Positions 19,316 through 29,313 are shown, counted from the first letter of the stretch. The stretch: DNA of 64,000 nt from Bacteroidota bacterium (GCA_023412195.1 JAEYNZ010000029.1:74228-138227); one strand, 5' to 3'. Program-made: numbers and translations. The notes: generated from the sequence alone by a model not told the origin.

Positions 19316-20101
19316 ATGGGAGAAAGTACTGAAATTGTTCTTGTTTATTTTGTCGGCACCTTTGGCATGGCCATTCTTGCCGGGGCTATTTTTCTCTTTT
19401 TTACCACCTACCAGAAACGACTCCTGAAAAAGGAGCTGGAGATAAACAAGATCAAAACGCGGCAGCAGGAGGAGATTCTTCAAAATACGGTGCTTTCACA
19501 GGAAAAAGAGAGAAAACGTATTGCCCAGGATTTACATGATGAAGTAGGAGCCATGCTTTCAGTGGTTAAACTGAACATTGCCATGGTTGAAAGAAAGTCT
19601 GATACCACGGCATCGAAAGAGATTGCCAGTGAAACAAAGTCGTATCTGGATGAGGTTATTCTGCAGGTCAGAAGGATTTCAAGAGCGTTGCTTCCTCCTT
19701 CCCTTGAGAAACTTGGATTACCTGCCGCAGTTGAAGAACTCGTAAATTGGGTAAACAAAGGCGACCAGGTGGAGGTTGTAATATGGAAAACGGATCATGA
19801 GTATCGTTTTGATGGTAAGAAAGAAATGGCCATTTTCAGAATTATACAGGAATTGCTTAATAATGCCCTTAAACATGCACAGGCAAGCCGCATTGATATC
19901 AAATTGAGGTTTAGCCCTGCGGGACTTGCTGTTTCAGTCAGTGATAATGGAGTGGGTTTTAATTTGCAGGACAATGGTAAAGCCGGACTGGGTTTAAAGA
20001 ACCTTGAAAGCCGGGCCCAGATACTTAATGCACGGATTAAACTCCGCTCCGCACCCGGAAAGGGTACTTCAGCAGTAATTTTCCTAAAATCGTTAAATTA
20101 A
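19316..20101 (+). CDS. sensor histidine kinase, HisKA_3 (NarX/DegS-like) class, with minimal sensor region
   Basis: One N-terminal TM segment, a coiled coil, the H-box ERKRIAQDLHDEVGAML, and HATPase_c boxes (ELLNNALKHA, DNGVGF, GLGLKNL). Confidence 0.9.
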   Translation: MGESTEIVLVYFVGTFGMAILAGAIFLFFTTYQKRLLKKELEINKIKTRQQEEILQNTVLSQEKERKRIAQDLHDEVGAMLSVVKLNIAMVERKSDTTASKEIASETKSYLDEVILQVRRISRALLPPSLEKLGLPAAVEELVNWVNKGDQVEVVIWKTDHEYRFDGKKEMAIFRIIQELLNNALKHAQASRIDIKLRFSPAGLAVSVSDNGVGFNLQDNGKAGLGLKNLESRAQILNARIKLRSAPGKGTSAVIFLKSLN

Positions 20102-20107
20102 AGTGAA

Positions 20108-20761
20108 ATGAATAATTCCACTAACATTGTTATTGCCGATGATCACAAATTATTTAGAAAAGGGATTAAGGCTCTGTTGGAGGATTTCAGTTTTGTGAAC
20201 AAAGTATATGAAGCAGAAAATGGTGTGGAACTTCTGGATCTTCTGAAAGAAACCAGGCCAAGGCCGGATGTTGTTCTTCTGGATATTCAAATGCCGGTAA
20301 TGGATGGGATTGAAGCACATCAGCAGATCAGGAAAAAATATCCGCAGCAGAAAGTTCTGATTATTACAATGGAAGCTGATGAGCAGATCATGCTTCACCT
20401 GATTTCAGAAGGAGTGAACGGTTACCTGATGAAGAATGCCGATCCTGAAGAACTGGAAGAAGCAATAAAGCTTGTATTGAAAAATGATTTTTACTTTCCA
20501 AAGGAAATCTCTCAGTTGCTGCTCAAGAACGTTAAACACAGGCAGACAAGGGTGCAACAGTTACCTGATTTGACTGACAGGGAGATGGAAGTGCTCAACC
20601 TGATTTGTAAAGAATATACAGGTTTGGAAATTGCGGAGAAACTTGAAATAAGTTCACGCACCGTAGAAGGGTTCAGAAGGAAGTTGCTTGAAAAAACCAA
20701 TTGTAAAAACAGTGCCGGACTGGTAGTATATGCGATAAAGAACAAGCTGGTTTTTATATAA
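20108..20761 (+). CDS. response regulator transcription factor, NarL/LuxR family
   Basis: REC domain (VVLLDIQMPVMDG) plus LuxR-type HTH (LTDREMEVLNLICKEYTGLEIAEKLEISSRTVEGFRRKLL). It starts 7 nt after the kinase gene. Confidence 0.92.
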   Translation: MNNSTNIVIADDHKLFRKGIKALLEDFSFVNKVYEAENGVELLDLLKETRPRPDVVLLDIQMPVMDGIEAHQQIRKKYPQQKVLIITMEADEQIMLHLISEGVNGYLMKNADPEELEEAIKLVLKNDFYFPKEISQLLLKNVKHRQTRVQQLPDLTDREMEVLNLICKEYTGLEIAEKLEISSRTVEGFRRKLLEKTNCKNSAGLVVYAIKNKLVFI

Positions 20762-20787
20762 AAAAAAGGGGTTCTGTAAAGAACCCC
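20761..20787 (-). terminator. intrinsic terminator whose U-tract is on the minus strand
   Basis: Stem GGGGTTC/GAACCCC. It is preceded by A7 on the + strand, which is T7 after the hairpin on the minus strand. There is no T-run after it on the + strand. Confidence 0.55.
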
Positions 20788-21021
20788 CAAGGTTTGAATT
20801 TTCAGCCTGTATTTCAGCAGCATTTCAAAGGTGGAGAGAACGTGCTTCTGGAAGAGTTCATGCTGCTGATATGCTGGAAAGGCCGATCCCCGTGTGTCTA
20901 AGTATCCCGGAATAATGAATGGGGTAATATTTTTTGTCAGTATCCTGCATTTTCAATTATCTTTTTTCTTTTCTTCTTTTACAAATATCTGCAATAAAAT
21001 ATTTGTTTGAAAGAGTGTTTT

Positions 21022-21100
21022 TACCTGTATAAAAAACGTAAAAACACCTATAACGACATACGTATTTTTACCTATTCCAATTGCGTAATTTTACGCATAA
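21022..21100. repeat. about four tandem, degenerate 23-24-bp repeats (ACCTRT-N7/8-RCGTA-W5), iteron/operator-like
   Basis: Units begin at 21023, 21046, 21070 and 21093: acctgtataaaaaacgtaaaaac / acctataacgacatacgtattttt / acctattccaattgcgtaatttt / acgcataaaaaaagc. Phasing of 23, 24 and 23 bp was read directly from the sequence. Confidence 0.6.
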
Positions 21101-21131
21101 AAAAAGCTGTCCCGGAAAGGACAGCTTTTAT
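21099..21131 (-). terminator. intrinsic terminator of ppdK
   Basis: Stem GCTGTCC/GGACAGC with a CGGAAA loop, flanked by A7 and T4. On the minus strand it gives hairpin plus T7, 22 nt after the ppdK stop. Confidence 0.75.
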
Positions 21132-21152
21132 ATAAGACTGATATTTACCCGA

Positions 21153-23855
21153 TTATTTAATGTTAGCCTGGGCAGCAGCAACACGTGCAATTGGTACACG
21201 GTATGGTGAACAACTTACGTAGTCCATTCCAACGCTGTCGCAGAATTTTACTGAAGAAGGTTCTCCGCCGTGTTCACCGCAGATACCAACTTTCAGGTCA
21301 GGTTTTGAACTTCTTCCTTTCTCAACACCCATCCTTACAAGTTGTCCTACGCCTTCCTGATCCAGGATCTGGAACGGGTCGTTTTTCAGAATTCCTTTTT
21401 CAATATATACAGGCAGGAATTTGCCGGCATCATCACGGGAATATCCGAAGGTCATCTGGGTAAGGTCGTTGGTTCCGAAAGAGAAAAATTCAGCAACTTC
21501 GGCAACTTTATCAGCAGTAAGTGCGGCACGCGGAACTTCAATCATCGTTCCTACCAGGTAATCAACTTCAGTACCTTTTTCTTCAAACACTTTTTTAGCT
21601 GTTTCGTTGATGATGTCAGCCTGAAGTTTATATTCCTTCAGCGTACCAATCAGTGGGACCATGATTTCAGGACGTGCATCCACACCTTTTTGTTTCAGGT
21701 TTACAGCGGCTTCAATAATTGCACGGGCCTGCATTTCTGTAATTTCAGGATAGGTATTTCCTAAACGGCAACCTCTGTGGCCAAGCATTGGGTTAAACTC
21801 ATGCAGGTCGTCAACAAGAGCTTTTACCTCCTGTGCAGAGATTCCCATTTCATTGGCCATTTCCTGCTGGTTGGCTTCTTCGTGCGGAACAAATTCATGT
21901 AATGGTGGGTCAAGAAGGCGGATGGTAACACCATAACCTGCCATTGCTTCCAGGATTCCTTCGAAATCGGCCCTTTGATAAGGCAGCAGTTTCTCAAGAG
22001 CCTTACGACGTTCATTTTCTGTTTTTGAAAGAATCATTTCACGCATGGCTTTGATTCTTTCACCTTCGAAGAACATGTGTTCTGTACGGCACAGACCAAT
22101 TCCCTCTGCACCAAATTTACGTGCTATTTGTGCATCGTTGGGTGTGTCAGCATTGGTACGGACTTTCATGCGGGCGAATTTTTCTGCCAGGTTCATGATT
22201 TTGGCAAAGTCGCCGCTCATTTCCGGATTTTTGGTGGTGATTTTACCTTCATACACTTTTCCGGTAGAGCCATCGAGAGAAATCCAGTCGCCTTCTTTGA
22301 ATTCTTTCCCTTCGATGGTCATGACGCGGGTTTTGTAATTGATTTTTACAGCACCTGCGCCTGAAACACAACATTTACCCATTCCACGGGCAACAACAGC
22401 AGCATGAGAAGTCATACCACCACGTGCAGTCAGGATGCCTCTTGCAATGTGCATACCTTCGAGATCTTCCGGCGATGTTTCAACACGTACAAGTATGGAA
22501 GCAGGATAATTGGCAGCCTCGTCGGCAAAAAATACAACCTGTCCGGTGGCAGCACCAGGTGATGCCGGCAAGCCTTTGGCAAGAAGTTTTGCTGATTTAA
22601 GTGCTGAAGGTTCAAATATCGGGTGAAGCAGTTCATCCAGTTTGTTGGCATCAATCCGGTTCAGAGCTGTTTTTTCATCGATAGAACCTGACTCAAGAAG
22701 GTCGACAGCAATTTTTACCATGGCTGCACCTGTGCGTTTGCCATTACGGGTTTGCAGCAACCACAATTTGCCTTCCTGGATAGTAAATTCGATGTCCTGC
22801 ATATCTTTATAATGATCTTCAAGCTTCTGTTGGGTTTCAACCAGCTGCCTGTATATTTCGGGCATTGCTTCTTCCAGAGAAGGATAGTTTGCAGCTCTGT
22901 CTTCTTCACTGACTCCCTGCAATTCAGCCCATTTTCTTGATCCTGCGAGGGTGACATCCTGTGGTGTACGAATACCGGCAACAACATCTTCACCTTGTGC
23001 ATCGATCAGATATTCACCGTTAAAAATGTCTTCACCGGTAGCGGCATCACGTGTAAAGGCAACTCCAGTTCCTGAAGATTTTCCCATATTTCCGAAAACC
23101 ATTGCCTGTACGTTGACTGCTGTTCCCCATTCATCAGGAATTTGCTCCATGCGGCGGTAATAGGTAGCTCTTGGATTATTCCAGCTGTTAAATACAGCAG
23201 CAATTGAACCCCATAGTTGTTCCCATGGGTCGGTGGGGAAATCTTTGCCTGTAACTTTTTTAACGGCAGCTTTAAAACGTCTTACAAGTTCCTGAAGGTC
23301 TTCGGTAGTGAATTCGGTATCAAGCTGGATTCCTTTTTCCTGTTTTAACTCATCAATGATTTCTTCAAAAGGATCATGCTCTTCCTTGCTGGCAGGTTTC
23401 ATATCCATAACCACATCACCGTACATTTGCACGAAACGCCTGTATGAGTCCCATGCAAATCGTGGATTGCCTGATTTTTTTGAAATTCCTTCAACGGCAT
23501 CATCATTCATACCAAGATTAAGCACAGTATCCATCATACCTGGCATGGATGCCCGGGCACCTGAACGTACGGACATAAGACAAGGATTGTCTTTATCACC
23601 AAATGTAGTGCCGGTAAGTTCTTCAACCAATGCTACTGCTTTTTCTACTTCAGGTTTAATCAAATCAAAGGTCTTTTGCTGACCCTGTTCATTGTACATG
23701 GTACAGACTTCGGTAGTAATGGTAAATCCCGGAGGAACCGGTACCCCGATCAAATTCATCTCAGCAAGGTTTGCACCTTTGCCACCCAAAAGGTTTTTCA
23801 TGTCAGCTTTACCTTCAGCTTTTCCTGCTCCAAAGGTATATACATGTTTTGCCAT
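21153..23855 (-). CDS. ppdK: pyruvate, phosphate dikinase
   Basis: 900 aa with an ATP-grasp N-terminus, the phospho-His swivel motif [15 protein letters not shown], and a PEP-utilizing TIM barrel (CGEHGGEP). Confidence 0.95.
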   Translation of the reverse strand: MAKHVYTFGAGKAEGKADMKNLLGGKGANLAEMNLIGVPVPPGFTITTEVCTMYNEQGQQKTFDLIKPEVEKAVALVEELTGTTFGDKDNPCLMSVRSGARASMPGMMDTVLNLGMNDDAVEGISKKSGNPRFAWDSYRRFVQMYGDVVMDMKPASKEEHDPFEEIIDELKQEKGIQLDTEFTTEDLQELVRRFKAAVKKVTGKDFPTDPWEQLWGSIAAVFNSWNNPRATYYRRMEQIPDEWGTAVNVQAMVFGNMGKSSGTGVAFTRDAATGEDIFNGEYLIDAQGEDVVAGIRTPQDVTLAGSRKWAELQGVSEEDRAANYPSLEEAMPEIYRQLVETQQKLEDHYKDMQDIEFTIQEGKLWLLQTRNGKRTGAAMVKIAVDLLESGSIDEKTALNRIDANKLDELLHPIFEPSALKSAKLLAKGLPASPGAATGQVVFFADEAANYPASILVRVETSPEDLEGMHIARGILTARGGMTSHAAVVARGMGKCCVSGAGAVKINYKTRVMTIEGKEFKEGDWISLDGSTGKVYEGKITTKNPEMSGDFAKIMNLAEKFARMKVRTNADTPNDAQIARKFGAEGIGLCRTEHMFFEGERIKAMREMILSKTENERRKALEKLLPYQRADFEGILEAMAGYGVTIRLLDPPLHEFVPHEEANQQEMANEMGISAQEVKALVDDLHEFNPMLGHRGCRLGNTYPEITEMQARAIIEAAVNLKQKGVDARPEIMVPLIGTLKEYKLQADIINETAKKVFEEKGTEVDYLVGTMIEVPRAALTADKVAEVAEFFSFGTNDLTQMTFGYSRDDAGKFLPVYIEKGILKNDPFQILDQEGVGQLVRMGVEKGRSSKPDLKVGICGEHGGEPSSVKFCDSVGMDYVSCSPYRVPIARVAAAQANIK

Positions 23856-24414
23856 AAATAGTAATTTATAATTGTTAAGAAAAAATTTTAAAAACAGGTG
23901 CGCTAAGGTAATGCTATTTTTTCATTCCTGAAACTAATCCTATGTACCATACCGTTTTAAACAAAGTCCAATCCATCAAAATCAGCTTGTTACATATAGG
24001 GATGTATATTAAGAAATTGTAAAAAACAACATGATCCTGAAGTACCGGATTTGAATTTTGGGCAAATATACAAAATAATAAATCAGCTGAGGTATCAGGT
24101 GGTAGTGCAGATCTTTTTGAATATGAATGGTTAACAATTATTAACTTCATTTTTACCAGTCATGTAATACACTGCCAAAACAGAATCGAATGTTTAAGTT
24201 TCAGGATGGTCAGCCTCAAGAAACAAGTCCCTTATAAAATATGGTTACAGTCAGGTTTAAAATAATATAGGAAATTCTAAACCAGATTCTGTTATACGAC
24301 CCCCTAAAACCCCCGAAACGGTACTTTAAAACAGTACAAGTATGGCAGGATGCTGCTGAAGAGCGTCTTACCCCTTCCTCGGGGGCTTTTAATTAACCAT
24401 TATACTGACTTTAG

Positions 24415-25347
24415 TTACTCTTCATTTTTTACAGAAGCATCTTTAATAGACAATTGCAGGGGATTTATTTCCTCTCCCCAGTAAACAGTGGTATGCGGGA
24501 ATGGAATTTCTATATTGTTTTTATCGAAGGCGATTTTCAAACGCCTGCGATACTCACGTCCTACAGCCCATTGCTGGATGGGTTTGGTTTTAAAACGTGC
24601 TTTAATGATCAGGGCACTGTCGTCAAATCTATCAATTCCGAAAATTTCGAGTGGCTCAAGAATGCTGGCACTGAAAAGTTCATCATTTTGCAGATCAGCT
24701 CCAACTTCCCTCATTACTCTCATCACATTGTCAACATCTTCCTTATAGGAAATCCTATGATCAAAAACCATTGCCGACCATTCTTTCGTCATGTTTGCCA
24801 ATGTGTTTATTTTTCCATTTTGGAATATGTGAACAACTCCTGCAAAATCACGAAGTGTGATGGTCCTGAGTTCTACTTTTTCAACCGAACCGCCTGTGCC
24901 GTTTATAATAGCAACATCACCGGCCCTGACCTGATCTTCAAGTAAAATAAAGAAGCCGGAAAGGAAATCCCTTACCAGTTCCTGGGCCCCGAAACCTACT
25001 GCCAGACCTACAATCCCTGCGCTTGCCAGAATGGGGGCAATTTCAACCCCAAACTTTTTTAAAGCGATCATAATAAAAACTGACCACAATATAATAGATG
25101 CTATGCCGCTGACAATCCCAATTAATGTTTTTATACGTTTTTCTATTTCGGGCAGATTTTCCTTTTCGTTTTTTTCTGCTCTGTGAATGAGAGTCTTTTT
25201 AAGTTTGTTCAGGATAAATGATATGATCCGGAATGCAACAAACAGGACTATTATGATGATGATTAAGCCAGGCAATTCTGTAATAACCCACTTTTGTCCG
25301 CTTGCATAAAGATCTTTCCAAAAGTCGGATGTAATAACTTCTTCCAT
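24415..25347 (-). CDS. mechanosensitive ion channel family protein (MscS-like)
   Basis: Three N-terminal TM helices followed by the MscS beta-domain (VRAGDVAIINGTGGSVEKVELRTITLRDFAGVVHIFQNGKI). Confidence 0.85.
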   Translation of the reverse strand: MEEVITSDFWKDLYASGQKWVITELPGLIIIIIVLFVAFRIISFILNKLKKTLIHRAEKNEKENLPEIEKRIKTLIGIVSGIASIILWSVFIMIALKKFGVEIAPILASAGIVGLAVGFGAQELVRDFLSGFFILLEDQVRAGDVAIINGTGGSVEKVELRTITLRDFAGVVHIFQNGKINTLANMTKEWSAMVFDHRISYKEDVDNVMRVMREVGADLQNDELFSASILEPLEIFGIDRFDDSALIIKARFKTKPIQQWAVGREYRRRLKIAFDKNNIEIPFPHTTVYWGEEINPLQLSIKDASVKNEE

Positions 25348-25577
25348 ATTATTTGATTTTTTATTTATGTGTTAAAAATTTTTTTTGACCAGATGCAATT
25401 GCTGTATGTGGGTTAAAATTAATTCTTTTATTTTTTCTCAACTTAAAAATTATGGCCGAATTCATGATGGGTTAATCAGATTTAATCATTAAGAGATACC
25501 ATCGTTGGAAATGAGCTGATGATGTGGTTAAACTTTTTTGTGTTCGACCTGTCTATAAAAAAGATTGGTCTGATATT

Positions 25578-25997
25578 ATGAAGAAAACATCAGCTTTTAC
25601 TTTGTTCCTGAACTGGCTTAAGTCTACAGAAATGTTTACCCGGCCTTCACGTCAGGTGCCTGGCAGATGGCAGTTATACGAATTTTACCATGAACCGGAG
25701 GGCCAGTTAATTCATGTTAAAGAGGAAGCGTTGAAGGTTGATCATGTTGGTTGGGAGATTGCAATAAGCCGTGATGGACAATTTACACAGGAATCAAATG
25801 TTCCGGTTAAAATTTTTAACGGAATAAAAAATTGCAAATGGTCGGTTTCAGCAAATTATTTAAAACTCTTCCATCCGGTGAATACCGGAGAATATGAAGA
25901 GGTTCAGTTTGCAGTGGTTAAGGGAAACCTCCGGTTATTAAAAAAAGAGTCAAATGGGGCAATCAGATTTTTTTGCTTTTTCAGAAGAGTAGAATAA
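25578..25997 (+). CDS. hypothetical protein (lipocalin-like fold suspected)
   Basis: Start moved to the ATG at 25578 (MKKTSAFT...). Contains GRWQLYEF and KGNLRLLKK segments like small lipocalin-like domains. No direct functional motif. Confidence 0.45.
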   Translation: MKKTSAFTLFLNWLKSTEMFTRPSRQVPGRWQLYEFYHEPEGQLIHVKEEALKVDHVGWEIAISRDGQFTQESNVPVKIFNGIKNCKWSVSANYLKLFHPVNTGEYEEVQFAVVKGNLRLLKKESNGAIRFFCFFRRVE

Positions 25998-26093
25998 TTT
26001 GAAAAAAAGGTGCTTGCAGAAGATTCTAAAACCTACATTTCGATATTGAATTTCTTTTAACTTTGCCAGTAACCATACTGAAAATTAAAATTC

Positions 26094-26510
26094 ATGAAAT
26101 TTAGAATTCTTTCTGTAGTTGTACTGGTATTACTTATGGGATGTGCCAATTCAGGTACAAAACAACTTATTGGTTCATGGGAACTGATTGAGTTCAGGCT
26201 TATAGGTACAGGAGGAAATCCGGTAAGCAATGAAAAAACATTGCGTGATGCTGGGGCAATTTGGGACATGAAATTTGAAAGGAATGGGGATTTCAGGCAG
26301 GACTTTAACATGCGCACACCTGATATGAGAATGGAATTTGAAGAAGGTACCTGGCAGGCTTTTGATGATTCTCTGAAGATAGAAATTGTATCAGATATTG
26401 TTGCAACTGAATTAAACTATACGTATGAGATGGAGAATGAAATACTTGTTCTTTCGCTAAGAAACCCGGTTTCGGATGCGAAGGTTGTTACCCGTTTCAG
26501 AAAGAAGTAA
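26094..26510 (+). CDS. lipocalin-like lipoprotein
   Basis: Lipobox (LVLLMGCANSG), a GSWELIEF motif, and short beta-rich repeats typical of lipocalin-like domains. Confidence 0.6.
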   Translation: MKFRILSVVVLVLLMGCANSGTKQLIGSWELIEFRLIGTGGNPVSNEKTLRDAGAIWDMKFERNGDFRQDFNMRTPDMRMEFEEGTWQAFDDSLKIEIVSDIVATELNYTYEMENEILVLSLRNPVSDAKVVTRFRKK

Positions 26511-26546
26511 AAAACTTAATTAAAACCTGATCAATCTTTAACTATT

Positions 26547-27677
26547 ATGAAAAAACTAAAGCTCATTCTTTTTCTTATAATTGCAGGTGCAGTTCCGGCT
26601 TTTAGCCAGTCCGATGACGGTGTCATGCGAATGAATGAATTCAGGAATGCACCCAGGCGGAATTTGATCAGGATACCCGGCTTCTCAGGATATCAGGCAC
26701 TGAAGTGTGATTTTCATATGCACACTGTATTTTCCGACGGGCATGTGTGGCCGGCAGTAAGGGTACAGGAAGCATGGCTGGAAGGATTGGATGTAATATC
26801 CATTACCGATCATGTGGAGTATACTCCTCATTCGATAGATGTGAATGTTAACCACAACAAGCCCTATGAACTCGTAAAGGATGCTGCTGCAGAAAACAAT
26901 ATTGTTCTGATTAAAGGCACTGAAATAACCAGGAATACTCCTCCCGGTCATTTTAATGCAATTTTTGTAGATGATGTTTCAGGCTATATTGCAGACAGGC
27001 AAACAAATGATTTAGACCGGCAGGCAGTGGAGAAAGCTTCTGCCCAGGATGCATTTATTTTCTGGAATCATCCGGGATGGAAAGTCAATCAGATTGAAGG
27101 TTCATATGAGTGGCTCGATTTTGTGGATGAACTCAAACGTAATCGGATGCTGCACGGAATTGAAGTGTTCAATGGATTCGGATTTCATAAAAAAGCACTT
27201 GACTGGTGTGTAGACCATAATTTAACAGTGCTGGGTTCATCAGATATTCACAACCTGGTTAAACACGATTACAAACTTGGTGACCATGTTCACCGGACCA
27301 TGACTTTGGTTTTTGCCAGGGATAGGACACCCGAATCAGTCAGGGAAGCACTTGTTGCAGGAAGAACAGTTGCATGGGCAAGCAAATACATTGCGGGGAA
27401 AGAGGAGCATGTAAGGAATTTATTCATGGCCTGCATTGATATGGGCCCGCGGTTTCTGTCGAAAAACAACAGGGAGTATTATGAAATGAAAAACAACAGT
27501 GACCTGTATTTTGAGCTTCAGCTGGAGTGGGAAGAGGGGAAGACAAATGTTACGTTATATCCCGGTTCATCACAAATAGTAATATTGCCTGTGGGTACTA
27601 AAAACCTCGAATGTGAAGTGCTGACTGCATTTGTCAGGGGAGACAAAAACCTGGTGGTGAATCTTCCTCTGAATTAA
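26547..27677 (+). CDS. PHP-domain metallophosphoesterase (Sb-PDE / histidinol-phosphatase-like), secreted
   Basis: Signal peptide. The PHP signature CDFHMHTVFSDG is followed by ITDH and GSSDIH metal-ligand motifs. Confidence 0.7.
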   Translation: MKKLKLILFLIIAGAVPAFSQSDDGVMRMNEFRNAPRRNLIRIPGFSGYQALKCDFHMHTVFSDGHVWPAVRVQEAWLEGLDVISITDHVEYTPHSIDVNVNHNKPYELVKDAAAENNIVLIKGTEITRNTPPGHFNAIFVDDVSGYIADRQTNDLDRQAVEKASAQDAFIFWNHPGWKVNQIEGSYEWLDFVDELKRNRMLHGIEVFNGFGFHKKALDWCVDHNLTVLGSSDIHNLVKHDYKLGDHVHRTMTLVFARDRTPESVREALVAGRTVAWASKYIAGKEEHVRNLFMACIDMGPRFLSKNNREYYEMKNNSDLYFELQLEWEEGKTNVTLYPGSSQIVILPVGTKNLECEVLTAFVRGDKNLVVNLPLN

Positions 27678-28912
27678 ACTGATTTCTGTAATTTTTTATC
27701 CCTGAAAACTTTGAGTGCTGAAGGAAAAGGTTGAAGTGCTCTTTCAAAGATTCCAAGGGAATAAGCTATTGTTAAGCCATAATTTGTTAAAGGTACATTG
27801 GCCTGCCTTGCTTTCAGGATCCGGCTGAGCATCGTGCGGCGGTTCCACATGCAGGCACCGCAATGTATGATGAGTTCAAATTCTGATATGTTTTCAGGGA
27901 AATCGTAACCTCTTGTGAATTCAATTTCAAGTTTGCCACCCACATATTGTGTCAGCCACCTTGGAATTTTAACAGTACCAATGTCTTCGCCTATTGGGTG
28001 GTGTGAGCATGCCTCAGCAATAAGTACCTTGCTGCCTGTTTTCAGTTTGTCGATGGCCATAGCGCCTTCAACCATAACATTCAGGTCACCCTGGAAGCGG
28101 GCGAATAATATGGAAAAAGAAGTCAGCTGAATGCCTGATGGTGTATCGGCAGAAACTTTTAAAAATGCCTGGGAGTCGGTTACAACAAGTTTTGGAGGCT
28201 TGTTCAACCTTGACAGAGCTTCCCTCAATTCACGTTCCTTAACTACCATACAGAACGAATCATTGTCGAGTAAGTCGCGTATGGTTTGTACCTGGGGCAA
28301 AATAAGCCTGCCTTTTGGAGCTTCCTTGTCGATGGGCACAACAAGGATAGCAGCTTCTCCCGGGCCTACCAGGTCGGCGGCTATTGAAGGCCTGTCGATA
28401 AATCCGGAGGGTGCATTAGTCAATAATAATTGCCGGAATTCGGATATACCTGTTTCCATTAAGGCAGAGGCAAATAAATATGGAATTTTATTTTTATCCA
28501 GAGCAGATGTTATTTCAGGATTCTCTGTGTGAAGATCTATTTTATTGAATATAACTACAAAGGGAATCTGTCTGCTGGTGAATTCATGAATCAGCACCTG
28601 TTCATACGAACCCCATGTTTCAAAATTTGTAACAATAACACCTAAATCAGTCCGGTCAATCACTGTTTTGGTTTTAGCTACCCTTTTTTCACCCAGCACC
28701 CCTTCATCATCAATTCCGGCAGTGTCAATAAAAAGTACAGGACCCAGGGGAAGCAGTTCCATTGGCTTTTCCACCGGATCGGTTGTGGTTCCGGCAACAT
28801 CCGAAACAATGGAAACCTGTTGCCGGGTAAGAGCATTTAACAAGCTTGATTTACCCGTGTTTCTGCGGCCAAAAATTCCGATATGCAGGCGAAATGATTT
28901 AGGTGATCTCAT
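27674..28912 (-). CDS. hydF: [FeFe]-hydrogenase H-cluster maturation GTPase HydF
   Basis: GTPase motifs (GRRNTGKSSLLNAL, DTAG, NKID) and the C-terminal Fe-S motif EACSHH...HCGAC. Confidence 0.9.
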   Translation of the reverse strand: MRSPKSFRLHIGIFGRRNTGKSSLLNALTRQQVSIVSDVAGTTTDPVEKPMELLPLGPVLFIDTAGIDDEGVLGEKRVAKTKTVIDRTDLGVIVTNFETWGSYEQVLIHEFTSRQIPFVVIFNKIDLHTENPEITSALDKNKIPYLFASALMETGISEFRQLLLTNAPSGFIDRPSIAADLVGPGEAAILVVPIDKEAPKGRLILPQVQTIRDLLDNDSFCMVVKERELREALSRLNKPPKLVVTDSQAFLKVSADTPSGIQLTSFSILFARFQGDLNVMVEGAMAIDKLKTGSKVLIAEACSHHPIGEDIGTVKIPRWLTQYVGGKLEIEFTRGYDFPENISEFELIIHCGACMWNRRTMLSRILKARQANVPLTNYGLTIAYSLGIFERALQPFPSALKVFRDKKLQKSV

Positions 28913-28957
28913 TTGTTACTTTGCAGAATGAGTAGTGGAATCTTTACAATAATTAAG

Positions 28958-28965
28958 CAAAGTTA
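28958..28965 (-). promoter_or_regulatory. candidate -7 promoter element (TAACTTTG on the minus strand) for hydF
   Basis: TAnnTTTG match about 45 nt upstream of the hydF ATG, immediately downstream of the terminator that ends the preceding small gene. Confidence 0.3.
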
Positions 28966-28968
28966 AAT

Positions 28969-28997
28969 AAAAAAGGGTGCCTGAAGCACCCTTTTTC
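28969..28997. terminator. bidirectional intrinsic terminator between the Cys-rich small gene and hydF
   Basis: A6, stem GGGTGC/GCACCC with a CTGAA loop, then T5. Confidence 0.7.
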
Positions 28998-29004
28998 TTA
29001 AGAA

Positions 29005-29313
29005 CTATTTCTTTTCATTTTTTTTGCCTTCTTCAGGGCAGCTGACTTTTGATGCTGCACAGCTTTTTTGCTGGACTTCGGAGCAGGCCGGTTTGGCTGC
29101 TTCTTTTGCAGCGCAGCAGGCAGCAGGCTTAGCCTCTGTAGCTTTGGCTTTTTTGTTGTCTTTTTTAACATTATCGTCTGTTGCCTTTTTGCCATCTTCA
29201 GCAGTTAGTACCATTTCCTGCTTAACTTCGGAAGTGATTGACTGAATAGCAGAGGCTGTAACAGAGTAAGAATAGGTAGCAGCCAAAATGAGAACAATGA
29301 TGATTTTTTTCAT
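29005..29313 (-). CDS. secreted Lys/Ala/Cys-rich low-complexity protein (unknown function)
   Basis: Signal peptide MKKIIIVLILAATYSYSVTASA. The mature part is rich in K, A and E, with five Cys clustered in AACCAAKEAAKPACSEVQQKSCAASKVSCPEEG. It has its own terminator. The N-terminus is paralogous to 29451-29795. Confidence 0.65.
   Translation of the reverse strand: MKKIIIVLILAATYSYSVTASAIQSITSEVKQEMVLTAEDGKKATDDNVKKDNKKAKATEAKPAACCAAKEAAKPACSEVQQKSCAASKVSCPEEGKKNEKK

Noticed and set aside
20915-21010. 31-aa hydrophobic ORF (MNGVIFFVSILHFQLSFFFSSFTNICNKIFV), considered as a type I toxin-like peptide.
   Set aside because: The Phe/Ser richness follows directly from a polypyrimidine T/C tract (cttttttcttttcttctttt). 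There is no other support.
23914-24150. 78-aa ORF in the ppdK-mscS gap.
   Set aside because: No motif, signal or paralog. It lies where the ppdK promoter and 5' UTR must be. It is treated as non-coding.
28998-29245. Alternative-frame ORFs (28998-29195 on the minus strand, 29024-29245 on the plus strand) overlapping the Cys-rich small gene.
   Set aside because: Low-complexity GC-rich repeats keep several frames open. Only the 29005-29313 frame has a proper signal peptide and a paralog next door.
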